Shown here piece after piece: positions 21,501-33,642 of a stretch of 64,000 nt of DNA. A program made the position numbers and the translations under genes. Source of the DNA: Phoronis australis (Eukaryota > Animalia > Phoronida); assembly GCA_002633005.1 (NCBI GenBank), contig NMRA01000459.1, positions 109,047 to 173,046 of the forward strand, written 5' to 3'. The stretch's first letter is position 1, and every line of letters starts with the position of its first letter. The notes below the pieces were generated by a model. That model ran no database searches, was not told where the DNA came from, and saw nothing but the letters and a program-made list of their open reading frames with translations.

Positions 21501-24500
21501 ATTCTGAACAGCTGATGTAAGTTTCGCACTTTACAGGGTAAAAAGATAAAGCATGAACTACTTGGCCTGATCCGAGAGCTTCCTGAAATTTACCAGTCGG
21601 TAACGAAGTCGTGCCAAAGCATTGAACCTGCCGTTAATTACTATGCCGCGTTCATTGACTTCACTTTGGATAAGTGAGTTGATTTGTGTGTTATTAAGTG
21701 AATCAGTGTAGTTAGACACTCACAAGTTCGTGCCTGAGTGCAATCACCTTCTGGCCATATCAATGAAAGAAAGGAAACAACAAAACTTTGCTGATCAATT
21801 TCATATTTAAAGTGCTATTTCATCCAAGATCTCCATGGCTAAGCCCAACTTAATAGTACACTGTTCACTCACAGAGTGGTTGTTCTTCTTACACTATCTT
21901 TGACCTGTTGTAAGTGGTCGGAACTTTGACACATGCGGGTCGATTTTAACGATCAAAACCCCATTGTTGATGGTTCAAATTTTGTTGTTCTTTTTTTTGT
22001 CAAAATTTTGAGTTAAAAATATGAGTGTAACGATAAAGTGTTGTCTGTAACGCACATGCTGCGCTGTCCATATCAGTGTTATGTAACTAGTGTTTCACCA
22101 TAACTTGTTCACACACATTTCGGTGTCAGTTCATCACTAATAGCCGTCTCCACTAAATTTTCCTGGTCTGGAGAATAGCTTAGTTCAGAACCTGGGCGAA
22201 ATGCAAAGGTTTGACTCGCAGAAACATTTCTCCCCTATGCTTCTCCTTTCAAAAGAGAATGCTGTTTGTTTAATCGCATTCTGACAAATTTATTTCGGTT
22301 GACTTTGCATGAATGTTTGCATGTCTCACAAAATGTGTTCATTGTTTTCTTATCTCCCCTGGTGACTCTTTAGAAAACATTGGGCCGATGAATGCTGTCC
22401 TCTTATACGACATCTTCTGAGTAAAGGAAATACTACTACACATGAATGGCGTACAGGTGTCAAGCCAGCAAGAGTAGTGGAAGACAACCCTTTTGATGGA
22501 GTTATTGATGCAGAGGAAGAAGACCTGGAAGAGTCCACTGAAGGGGGTGTAAGTAGTTAAGTAATGAATAGACTGTCCCCTGCAGCGAAATGCCGATTTA
22601 CTGTTGTTGTGTAGTGCTCTTCAAATTAAGACGAGTCGTAACAGCACCCTCTTTAAACAAAATAACTATTCTGGCTAAAGGCTTTGATTGGTTTCATTGA
22701 GGTTTGGATTACATTACATTTAAACTGGTATAATGCAGTATTTGTTTTGAAGCAGTCCAAGCATTTTTGTAATCTGAAGTTTGCCAATGACTTCAATTAC
22801 CTTATTTGAATGTTTAAACACACCTGGCATATAAAGTGCAGGCAGATACCCCAGCATTTCAAATGACTGTCGAATACACAAACTTCTAATGACATTTAAT
22901 GTCTCATCAGTGGTAAGTCCATATATCCACTTTACAACTTAACCACTTTCCCAGTAGAGGTCAAACTTTGCTTTTACTGAAGTTTTGGTTAGTGGGAAAG
23001 GTTAACTCCAGTAGTTAATCTGCAAGCAAAACTTCACTTAAATCAGTAGGATTTAAGAGTGAAGCTTTCGAACTCACTGAAGCTTCGTTGAAGTTATCGG
23101 TAAATTTCGCGACAACGATATACGATCACGCAGGATTCGCAAAACATGTTCTTTGTTATTGCAGCATAGCCGACATGCTCTCAATAGACAAATATAAATA
23201 AATAAATAAAAAAAGCATATCTGATGAAGAAAGACACTAATCATTTTCATAAACACAAGTAAATGGCTGGGGAACAGTTAGCCTCGAACCCACTACTCAA
23301 TAATGGTTTGAGAGTACGAATGAACTGCGTCGTCTATTGTCATACTCTGTGATAACTTCGATCTTGCTCTCTAATCGTAAAGGAAAGCGAAGTTTCGGCG
23401 AAGTTTCGGCGAAGCTTCAGTAAACTGAAGTTACCCTAATGAGAAAGCGACCTTTGACAGACTTCACATATTTTTTGAGCTTGAACTTTGCTTAATGAGG
23501 TCAGTACCTATGTCACTTATTTCATGAGTTATAAATACACAAAATAGGCTTAGCCTGTGTATCCATTGATCATGCCATGTGACCCGTAATTAATTTACGA
23601 ATTTCAAAGTGTTCCTATTTGCTATCGTTTTCTTTTAATAACTGAATGGCAAACTTACATTTACTACCAGTGCTGGTGCCCAGCTAGCAAGAAGTGAACA
23701 AATTCATACAACTATTTCATTTTTACCAGATTGATTTTGGTGAAGCCATCGACTACGGCATTGAACTTGAAGTATCTGGTGAGAACATTGACTTTGGCGA
23801 TGACATTTGTTACGACGTAGACACAGAGAACCCTGGAGAAGTCATCAACTTTGACCTCGGGTCAGTTGAGGATGCAGGCAAGGCTTCAGAAGGTGGGTTT
23901 ATGGGTACCGGCGTTTTCCGTAGATAAGCCCACCCGATGAAACGCCCATGTGCGTTTATTTGGAAAATTATGCCAAATATACGCCCATGGGCGTTAATTT
24001 GGTGTTGCAACTTCTCGTGTCAAGTGTCCAGATAGTGGTGCGTTTATTTGGAAAATTTCCTTTTAAAAGCCCACTTAGCGTTAAGTTTTCACAAAGTCAG
24101 TTTTGTGAAGCATTTATCAATTTATGAAAATGAATGAAGAGTTGCTGAACTATGCATTTGTTACAGTCAAATAAACTATAATATACAATTTTTAGAAACA
24201 GTTTTAAATAAAAAATCAGTCAGGAAACCTCTTAATACGTATACAATTTTTGAAAACAGTTTTAAATAAAAAATCAGTCAGGAAACCTCTTAGGGCTGTT
24301 CCAGTAAAATCTGTATGGGAGGGGGGGGAAGGCACCTTTTTTTCGCACCCATCACCCATATTTTTCATTTATTTCTTCAGCCTACCACCCGTAATTTTTG
24401 ATAAGTTTGAAATGCAACCACCCGTAATTTTTTTTGTTCTTGTGGTTGACTGCACAGGCGCTCGAGTTTATCTGTTCCTCCATCACCACTAACGTCATTC

Positions 24501-27500
24501 ATTACTAAGAAAACATATATATGGTTATTAGCCATCGAGAAATTCAAGCACCTGTGGTTAAATGGTGTTATGGGCATGCCGATAAGGAGATCGGAGGGAG
24601 TGAAAAAGTCGGAGCTTTTTGCAAGTTGCATTTCTGTTTCAGTTTTTGATTCTGTGCGGATTGTTTGTAAAATTTAATAAAATTACTCACCACCAAACAT
24701 TTATGGCCCAATGAAACAACAACGACCTGTAAATTTTTATTTTTTTGAAGTACGACCACCAGTCATTTTGAATTTAAATCAAACGCAACCACCCATAAAT
24801 TTTTATTTCAGTTGCCTTCCCCCCCTCCCACACAGATTTTGCTGGAACAGCCCTTAATAAGTATACAATTTTTAAAAACAGTTTTAAATAAAAATCAGTC
24901 AGGAAACCTCTTAATAAGTATACAATTTTAATAACAGTTTTAAATAAAAAATCATCCAAGAAACTTCTTAATCTACATGTATTCAGTCCATGTCAATGTT
25001 TTCATTCAGCTTCTTTCCCCCTCCGAGTCGCTGAAGGGATCAAGCAACTTGCCGTCCATCTCTTGGATACCCGCGTTGTATCCCATGTGTTCGCAAATCT
25101 GGGGTTGAATCATACGGTAGAGACCGTTTGCCCATCAACATTCGAATGCTAATACTGATGTCTTGTGGGATTCCAGATTGAAGTTTCTCGTAGGATGGGG
25201 GGGCTGCGATATCCTCTCGGGGGTGTATTCTTTCTCGCCGCCATTTTCAAGTCAATACTGATACACGGGTGAGAAACAACATGACCGCCAGACCCAAAAC
25301 ATGACTGCCGGTCCTCTAAATCAGACCAGCTCACCACTAAACAGGATGTATGGGATCAAATGGGACAGCCGCACCAAAAAAATGGGACAGACGCACCTAA
25401 AAAATGGGACAGACGCACCTAAAAAGTTAACATAACCGCTCCACCCCAAAGCAGGACCGTTTCAGACTAAATGTGACCGCTGGACAAAATGTAAATTATC
25501 AATGTCTTTGTGCAATACTGCGGGGTATGACGTAACCGATCAGCTAGATGCATGAAGACTGTCGTCAAAATAAGCTTGGTGGGAATGTGTGTTGAGCTCC
25601 GTTAGACCCCGAAATTTCACACGCTCGAACTTACGTGGTGGGAGTATTCAAACCGAAGTTCATAGATTTTCTACTAAGCGTCCTTGGGTGCTATCACCTT
25701 TGCCACAAGGAGGTCTAGAAGTGTCATGCACATTGTTTTTCTTGTCCAGCTGGGCAGATATTGCAAAAATTGATATGTTGCTACACAATTAACGTTGTTA
25801 GCAGGTATGAACATTCCTTTTAAGGGCTACTGATCCACCCAGAAGGACTGTTTTGACTTACAAAAATACATATCGCACATCATGCTGGTATTTACAGTAT
25901 GTAGCCAAAATTGACTTTCCGTTTACACACACCCCTTTTCCGAATAAACGCCCGGGCGTTTATTGATGTTTAATAAAATGCATGAAAATTTTCACCCTCC
26001 GAATACACGTCCAGGGGCTTATCGACGGAAAACCCTCAGCTGGTAACTTTTGAAAACGGGTGAAACTTGTATTCTGACATTGAACACAATCACTTGTTAT
26101 TTGCAAGAAACAAAACAGTTTTTACTTCTTCAAAGTTCAATAACAGTCTGTGGTGATAGTCATACAGTACACACCTGTCAGGTCCTTTGTGGTAATAGTC
26201 ATACAGTACACAGGTCCTTCTGACCTGATTAGCACTCACTTAAGTAAATGCACAGTTACAGAATGAATGTTCATAGCTAGCGCCGTTACATAGTATAGGG
26301 GATACAGTAATTACCTATCAGCGACCTGTTTGTGTTTGCGGAACTAGCTTTCGAGCCTGGCCTGGGCTCTTCGTCTGGGTACTTTTGGGAGACTTCGTTT
26401 CCCATTATTGTCAGTGGGTGGTCCTTGGTGGTTGTCCAATCCCACCTGGTGGCTGTTATGTGTGAGGAGGCGCTAAACCTGGTTGCTGATAGGTAAGAAC
26501 TGTATCCTCTGTAAATGCCCAGTGTTGGTTTAATCTTTCCCGGTTTAGACTTTTAACATTTAAACATTGAAAATGCAGCAGTTTTTGCCAAGGTTGATTT
26601 GGGACCAGCTGGCGTTATAGCAGCTGGTAAGTAATATACATATCTCACATGGTTTCCTGTATTTCAGGTGAGACCAGCACCATTGTATCGGGCGAAGATG
26701 CCCAGTCACTACTGGATAACCCGAGTACAAGAAACATATTTGTGGACGAGTTGATGGAGGTGAGTTGCATGTATCAGCAGCCTGGCTGGACACATTAAGC
26801 AAAGTTCTAATATTGTTAAAGTTCAAGTGACTAATGTCCTCATAGGATGTAAATTGGGCACTTGTGGATTGTTGGGAATGGGAACGGCATATTAGAAAGT
26901 GATGTGTTAACAAATAAATCATATTTTGTTCATCAAAATGCAGTAACTTGGGTTGAAGGCTATATTTCCTGGTTATTAATTGGTGGACATTGGCAAGATT
27001 AACCTGCTCTATTTTATTGTGCCTGAGGGTAGCACATGATCTCTGAACTTCGTGCCTGAGGGTTGCACGAAATCATGTAATTTAAAGCTTCCTTTTGCCT
27101 TGTTATTGTTGGCTGAAAATGAAAATGGTATTAATTAGGCCTTTTACTCTCATCAAATCTCATTCTCGTTAACATTACCAACAAAAACATTGAAACAATC
27201 AGCAACCCAAGAAAACATTTCAGAGTTTGGTAGGGTTGGCCGACTGTAAATTGCTAATTTAAAAATGGCACATGTATGCATTGCCTATGACTTGAATTTG
27301 TAACGGAAGTGGAAACCTATCATGGTAAGGGATGTTATGAGGGTGTAAAAGTGTACAATGGAATTCCTTATCAGATTTTCATGAAATTTGTCAAATGGAT
27401 ACCTATGGGACGATATTGCCACCTTCCCATTTTCTGTTTTATTTGATGTATTATACACCATCAAACGTCTGTTTCATTGTCTTTGAGTCTTTTGGCATCC

Positions 27501-30500
27501 ACCTCTCTTTCGGATAGCTGCATCTGTCGGCCAAACTACTGCTTGGACTATTATGAAAATCAGCACGCGTTCATTCTGCAAAGACCGAGGCCTAGCCTCC
27601 CTATTGACCAAACCACTCAAAGGATTGTTATGAAAATTGGCGTATGTGTTCAGTCTGGGAAGTACTTGGCTGACGATGATTTTCGGACTGGTCTGGCTGG
27701 TGTAGTGCCCTCTAGTGGCACTACTATTTTTGGCCTGTGGCTCAATAAGTTTGTTGGTGGATCTTCATGACATTTGTATCCTTATTGAGAACGATTCAAC
27801 TGAGGTGGGTTTTGGATTGATTCTGACTACTGTGGAGTCTGTTAGTGGCTAGTATTTTGTTTTTCTTTTGAAAATCATTGTTTGTTGTTTCATGTTTTGG
27901 GTAGAACCCTTTGTTTGAGGCTAACTGATGGTCTTTTGATGACATCTGCTGTATCTTGTTATTTTTTAAAACTTCAGTTGCATTGTGGTAAAACTTACTT
28001 TCTCATGCTTCTGATGTTTCCCATTTCAGCTGGAAGCATTCCTCACACAGAGACAGTCTGAAGCAAGCAACACAGCAGGAGTACTCACTACCAGCCAGTT
28101 TTCTAATGCACCAACAACACTTCAGGTGGAGCTATTGGACATTCAAGAGATGATATCACATGTCCAGTCCATCATCAGCAGGTTGTCGTCGGTCAAGATG
28201 CACCATTTGTTCTTGATAAGAGGATCACCAAGGTATGTAATAGTTGATTGAACAGAAAATCAAATCAAATTTCAAAAGCATTCTGTTAATACCTGTTTAG
28301 AGTGCTCTCACGTCCTTGCTATTAGTTAGCAACACGCAATTCCTCCAAAACCAGCCTAAGTTGATTTTTAGTCATTGTAGCAAGAACAACATTTACGGGT
28401 CTGAATTTGTTGGACTCCCAAGTCATGCATCTCATGTTTCTTACTACTTTTTAGAAAAAATTGAGAACTGAAATCAAATTCTTGCAAGACTAGAACATTG
28501 ACAGTCCATTTATCGTTGTTAGTGCATGGATTATTTGCTTACTAGCATTGAGAATCGCACCAGCTTTTGACTATGAAGAGATTTTATCATTCGTATTTAA
28601 GTATTTTTTTCAATAGCCTTTAAGTTGTATTAAATCTTGATTATATTTGCTCCATGTAGTATTACTGAGAATTCTGTTTGCCTTGTTGTATCAGGTATGT
28701 GGACCGATTGTCAGAAAGCCTGAAGGGGGCGCTAGGACAGTCTGAGAAGGCACAGGCATCACAGCGTTTGATGGTGCAAAGACGGGCGGAGGTGGCAGAG
28801 GAAGAGGTCGAACTATTGCCCAAACTGGATTTACTGAGGGTGAAGACGAAGGAACTGCAGAAACAGGTAAGGTTTGGCCACTCTTCACTCTGACAATAGA
28901 TCTCACTTGTTAATAATGTTTTTACTGCTATTTACCTATATTGTCACATTCCCCCTCCTCGATGGGTTGTTGCAGGTTTTCATTCACTTGTTTTTATAGC
29001 TTTGGTTGCCTTGATAGACTAAAGACGGGGTCAAGTTAAATTATTTGTCTCTGAGACTGTGCACAAAAACAAAATGTATGACGTAATTTTTGTTCAAAAG
29101 CTCTAGCCAATACTGCAAATCCTTGACTTGTAATGGACTCTTGAATCACTCCCACCAACTGTATCCTTCATTGGCAGATTCAACAACAATGCTGTCTCTG
29201 TAGCTGACTCTCAAACAGACTCTCACTAACTCATGCCTATTTATTGATAGTCTTTCTGTTATAATGTTCTGGAGCTTTTCTCAAATTCAAACACTTCCTA
29301 GAACTATCTGTTATCTACCCACTCTTATACACCGTGTCTAATGTTGTCTAATTGCTCCCATGCACATGCAGCTAGTTCGCTAGCTGTCTCTAACTTGGAC
29401 ATTTTCAATGTCAATATAGTCCAAAGTGTCTGTGCAGTCCAAGTCCTAATTGCTGCACTGTTAGTGCATGCTTTCCTTCCTCAGTTGATACTCTTGTGTG
29501 CTTAGGAATAGAGCCGCAGATACGTTTGCGAAGAACTAATATTGCCCCGGACTCTACTGTGCGCGCCCACTTGACTCATGCCCAGTCATAGTGTTTCCCC
29601 AGTCATAGTGTTAGTGTTTTGTAAAATAAAATCTATAGCAAATGCTAGTTTTTGATTAATGCCATTGCGGTAACTTTTGATTGACGACTGGCTCATGTCT
29701 GCTTACCCCTGATTCTCGTCTTCTTTGCGTGGCATGTTTTACGCAACTGGAATTGAGCAACCCAAGTCGATATAAAACAGCTAGCCGAAGAACCATACGT
29801 TGAAAATGTCATTGAGTCAGGGAGTCTTGAACATAAACATCCCAAACTCACAAAAAAGACCTTAATTTGTTTTTAAAACTTTTATTACAACGAATTTTAA
29901 AAGTGCTCTTCTAACTCGGAACTTGACAGCATAAATTTGATGTCTGCTGTGACCTCTGCAAGACGTGAAGCTCGCTTGCACGCGCTTCTGCACTGTCATC
30001 GCGTGGGAATAGTCGCAATCCAAGTTTTTGTCACTGGTCGTCTTCGAATTACAACTACGTCTCTAATAAGATCGCAGGGCGGCACGAGGCTATTACTCAC
30101 CAATTTTGTGAGTTTAATTGTGAATGACCAATCTGAGGGCAAAAGAACATTTGTTGGGATCATCTGCTGTTATGACATTTTTACCGACGTGACGATAAAG
30201 CTCTTTGAAAATTGCTACGTGTTCCGAGTACGTGAGTGGTGTAAGATTAACCGCCTAGGGCGGTTGTCTGGCGTCATAAGCGCCCATGTTCGGTTTACCG
30301 CCCTCCCCTGATTTCTTGAAATTTCACGTTTAAGCGCCCATGTCTGGTTCACCGCCCACCCCCGAATTTTTGGGTTTGCCAATTTAACCGCCCAGGGCGT
30401 TAACCCGAACGTTTACGGTAGTCTGCAGTTTGGCATTCATGTTTAACAAACGGCCCGCATTGATGGTCAGCCTTTATCAGTTTCTATGGTTATTTCTTTA

Positions 30501-30602
30501 TTGTCACAGTTTATAAATTCTCATTTTCAGATTGAACATGAAATATCGGAGAAGTACAAAAACCGACCAGTTAACATCATGGGGGAGATCAATACTGTGT
30601 AA
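15353..30602 (+). CDS. CDK5RAP3: CDK5 regulatory subunit-associated protein 3 (C53/LZAP; UFM1 E3-ligase complex adaptor); 12 coding exons, 511 aa
   Basis: Exons 15353-15545, 16321-16421, 16621-16669, 18066-18154, 19794-19883, 21537-21673, 22374-22548, 23730-23892, 26668-26759, 28030-28232, 28695-28866 and 30531-30602 sum to 1536 nt, all GT-AG and in phase. Hallmarks: LPIDIHYNKLSDWLISRRHC, IREKINEAIQDMP, YINYFHCLRIVELLK, KNIFGSYSSKRMKDWQEIVKLYE, VNYEIPSVKKQI, EWRTG, FVDELMELEAFL, SPRYVDRL, YKNRPVNIMG. Confidence 0.96.
16321..16421 (+). CDS. CDK5RAP3: CDK5RAP3 coding exon 2
   Basis: INYFHCLRIVELLKETEKGTKNIFGSYSSKRMK. Confidence 0.95.
16621..16669 (+). CDS. CDK5RAP3: CDK5RAP3 coding exon 3
   Basis: DWQEIVKLYETNGVGL; G|gtaag. 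Confidence 0.93.
18066..18154 (+). CDS. CDK5RAP3: CDK5RAP3 coding exon 4
   Basis: EAAQMLTRYVNYEIPSVKKQISRCKQQQK. Confidence 0.95.
19794..19883 (+). CDS. CDK5RAP3: CDK5RAP3 coding exon 5
   Basis: DCTRKEGEYSSLASEMKAKFQASCKEMGIE. Confidence 0.93.
21537..21673 (+). CDS. CDK5RAP3: CDK5RAP3 coding exon 6
   Basis: GKKIKHELLGLIRELPEIY...AVNYYAAFIDFTLD. Confidence 0.93.
22374..22548 (+). CDS. CDK5RAP3: CDK5RAP3 coding exon 7
   Basis: CPLIRHLLSKGNTTTHEWRTGVKPARVVED... Confidence 0.93.
23730..23892 (+). CDS. CDK5RAP3: CDK5RAP3 coding exon 8 (acidic disordered region with ID[F/Y]G motifs)
   Basis: IDFGEAIDYGIELEVSGENIDFGDDICYD...INFDLG; G|gtggg. Confidence 0.9.
23906..26045. mobile_element. Non-autonomous TIR element (Tc1/mariner/pogo-like, TA-flanked) in CDK5RAP3 intron 8
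   Basis: Left end taccggcgttttccgtagataagccc; right end reverse-complements to taccagctgagggttttccgtcgataagccc; subterminal aaacgccc/gggcgttt motifs. Confidence 0.6.
24293..24853. mobile_element. 561-bp PIF/Harbinger-type MITE with TTA target-site duplication
   Basis: About 41-bp TIRs gggctgttccag(t/c)aaaatctgt(a/g)tgggagggggggaaggc; tta on both flanks; splits a roughly 58-bp tandem array (24183-24972). Confidence 0.88.
26668..26759 (+). CDS. CDK5RAP3: CDK5RAP3 coding exon 9
   Basis: ETSTIVSGEDAQSLLDNPSTRNIFVDELME. Confidence 0.93.
27570..27880 (+). repeat. Partial copy of the HINE core repeat (family of 32350 and 41168)
   Basis: accaaaccactc..aaggat..gaaaattggc.tatgtgttc...gctgacgatgattttcgga...gtgccctctagtggca. 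Confidence 0.6.
28030..28232 (+). CDS. CDK5RAP3: CDK5RAP3 coding exon 10
   Basis: LEAFLTQRQSE...SQFSNAP...MHHLFLIRGSP. Confidence 0.94.
28695..28866 (+). CDS. CDK5RAP3: CDK5RAP3 coding exon 11
   Basis: YVDRLSESLK...PKLDLLRVKTKELQKQ. Confidence 0.94.
30531..30602 (+). CDS. CDK5RAP3: CDK5RAP3 terminal exon (copy 1)
   Basis: IEHEISEKYKNRPVNIMGEINTV*. Confidence 0.9.
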   Translation: MEHEISEKYKNRPVNIMGEINTV

Positions 30603-31527
30603 TTGCTGTGTGAAGAGACTTGTGCATGGTGTTACCACTAAATACAACATTACATATGAACTGTATCTGAGGCGTGTTTGTTCTCTTACTGTTATTAGTT
30701 AGCGTGAAGCAGGGGACACGGTGTTTTCATGGCCGTCCGTTCATCAGCACGCCCATCTGTATTTCACTGACTGGCTATGTCGTTGATGGANACGGAGTCT
30801 TGAACATAAACACCCCAAACACAAAAAAACACCTTAATTAGTTTTTCAAACTTTTATTACAACGAATTTTAAAAGTGCTCTCTAACTCGGAACTTGACAG
30901 CATAAATTTGATGTCTGCTGTGACCTCTGCAAGACGTGAAGCTCGCTCGTGCGCGCTTCCGCAGTGTCATCGCGTGAGAATAGTAGCAATCCAAGTTTTT
31001 GTCACTGGTCGTCTGCGCATTACAACTACGTCTCTAATAAGATCGCAGGGCGGCACTGGGCTATTACTCCCAATTTTGTGAGTTTAATTGTGAATGACTA
31101 ATCTGAGGGCAAAAGAACATTTGTTGGGATCATCTGCTGTTATGACATTTTACCGATATTTGGCGACGTGACGATGAAGCTCTTTGAAAAGTGCTACGCG
31201 TTCCGAGTAGGTGTGTCGTGTGGGACTCGATCATAAGGTAAGATTAACCGCCCAGGGCGGTTGTCTATCGTAATAAGCGCCCATGTTCGGTTAACCGCAC
31301 ACCCCTGATTTCTTGAAATATCACGTTTAAGCGCCCATGTCTGGTTAACCGCCCACCCCCGAATTTTTGGGTTTGCCAATTTAACCGCCCAGGGCGTTAA
31401 CCCGAACGATTATGGTAGTCTGCAGTTTGGCATTCATGTTTAACAAACGGCCCGCATTGATGGTCAGCCTTTATCAGTTTCTATGGTTATTTCTTTATTG
31501 ACACAGTTTATAAATTCTCATTTTCAG

Positions 31528-31599
31528 ATTGAACATGAAATATCGGAGAAGTACAAAAACCGACCAGTTAACATCATGGGGGAGATCAATTCTGTGTAA
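31528..31599 (+). CDS. CDK5RAP3: CDK5RAP3 terminal exon (duplicate copy 2; allelic haplotig or tandem duplication)
   Basis: IEHEISEKYKNRPVNIMGEINSV* with an intact ttttcag acceptor. Confidence 0.65.
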   Translation: MEHEISEKYKNRPVNIMGEINSV

Positions 31600-32349
31600 T
31601 TCCTGTGTGAAGAGACTTGTGCATGGTGTTACCACTAAATACAACATTACAACTGAACTGTTTCTGAGACGTGTTGTTTCTCTCTCTGTTATTAGCTAGC
31701 GTGAAGCAGGGGACACGGTGTTTTCATGGCCATCGGTTCATCAGCACGCCCATCTGTATTTCACTGACTGGCTATGCCGTTGATGCGATATCTGAAGAAG
31801 TATGCTTTAGGTCATGATCACGACTGGAGTGATTCGGTTGTTATTAGAGCATTGCCCATTAGCACATTAGTTAAAGATACAGTGAATTACGAACGTATAT
31901 GTCATCTCAGACGCAATAACTATGAGATATGACTTTTGAAAGTATCAAAACTGCACGGCATTTGAAGAACTGACGACAAACCCAGCCTGTCAAACTTTTA
32001 AGTAAATCATGAAACACTACTGGGCATAGATTACTGCACTCTACATTCAGTGCTCTAAATTCAATGTCACAAGACGTTTCAATCGACAATTGTTTTTCAA
32101 AATTGCACAAATCAAACACAAGCGCACTTTTGGGTAGACATGTTTTTATTTGTATCACGTTTCAAAATTTTGCCTCTGCATACAGGTTTTATTTGTTTCG
32201 ATGGGGACTCGAACCTTGATCACCCAAAGGCATAGAGTCACTTGTACCATTCACAGAGAGGCATCGAATTCGTACAAAGTAAATTAATGATATTTTTGCC
32301 TAGTCTGTCTAACTACAACATTACTGGAGACTGACTTATCGGCGAGTAC

Positions 32350-33642
32350 TTTTATGCACCCACACATTTATATGTGGACGCATTGTGCCATCATCCCCAG
32401 CCGGCCGTCCAGCCGTCTGTCCAGCCTTCCAGTGACCGGCGTCCGCTGCTCTATCTCCAAAACCATTCAACGCACGTTCATGAAAATTTGCACACATGTT
32501 CCTTTCATGCGTGGGATGGCATAAGCAAACTTTCGGACGGATTCGACTACTAGTGTGCCCCCTAGTGGCAATTTTAGTTTTTTACGTTTACAGTGTACCT
32601 CTGTATTTTCATAAAATTTTGCATACAGGTATCTATTAGCAAGATGACGCTATCCACCCTGTGGCCATTTTTTTGCTGTTTGTGAGTCTGTTTTTTGGCA
32701 TCCACCCCACTATCAACCAAACCGCTCTAAGGATGATTGTGAAAATTGGCATGTATGTTCTTATTACAAAGAGGACAGCTGACGGTGATTTTCCGACGAC
32801 TTTGACTACTGTGGCGCCTCCTAGTGGCAGTTTTGTTTTTTTTGCGCCCATGGGTGTATCTCCTAAACCGTTTGCAGGATCTAAATTTTGGGAATGTATT
32901 TATTTGATGTTGACAACAGATGACGACAACTTTCGGACGGATCTGACTGCTGGTGTGCCCCCTACTGGCAATTTTAGTTTTTTAGGTTTACCTCTGTATC
33001 TTAAGTACTTCAACGGATTTTCAGAAAATTTGGAAGAGTGTAGGCATCTATTGGTGAGATGATGCTATCCTCCAGTTTTCGGATGGAATCGAGGTACTTT
33101 GCGCCAACTAGTGGCCATGTTTTGCTGTTTTTGGCTTCCACCACTCGACCAACCAAACCATTCTAAGGATGATTTTGAAAATTGACATATATGTTCTCAG
33201 TGTGAGAGGACAGCTGACGATGACGACTTTGACTACTGTGGCGTCTCCTAGGGGTAGTATTGTTTTGGTTTGCGCCTCTAGATGCATCTCGTAAACCCAT
33301 TACAGGAACTTTATTAAATTTAGTGATTGTATTTTTATGAAGCTATAGAACAGACGACGACGTCTTTCAGGCGGATCCAGCGAATGCTGCGTCCCCGTAT
33401 TTGTGGCAATTTCATTTTTTTCTGTTTTCCATTGTGTCTCTAAAGTTCATTGACAGATTTTTAAGAAGTTTGCTAAATAGCTCTCTATTAAAGAAGTGAT
33501 GGTATGCTCCCGTTTTCAGATGGATTGGACGTTTTTTGCGCCATTTACTGGACATTTGTATGAAACAAATAAACAACCCTAGAGGCACACCGTTTGCGGT
33601 GCATTCGTGGGGGCATTTCAACACTCCACGTTGCTCTTGTTT
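32350..33642 (+). mobile_element. Helentron-associated non-autonomous element (HINE/DINE-1-like) with internal tandem core repeats
   Basis: T-run, 5' palindrome atgcacccaca..tgtggacgcat, (cgtc/ccag) microsatellite, repeated ...gtgccccctagtggca... cores, 3' subTIR cgtgggggcat, then ttgctcttgttt. Confidence 0.72.

Larger units (their letters stand above)
29821..31785. repeat. About 1-kb direct duplication (29821-30787 and 30794-31785) joined at an N
   Basis: Both copies start ggagtcttgaacataaaca and end ctggctatg.cgttgatg; n at 30791. Confidence 0.92.

Noticed and set aside
26340-26490. tRNA gene or SINE (ttcgagcc B-box-like motif)
   Set aside because: No cloverleaf or A-box and only one copy in the window; at most a truncated SINE.
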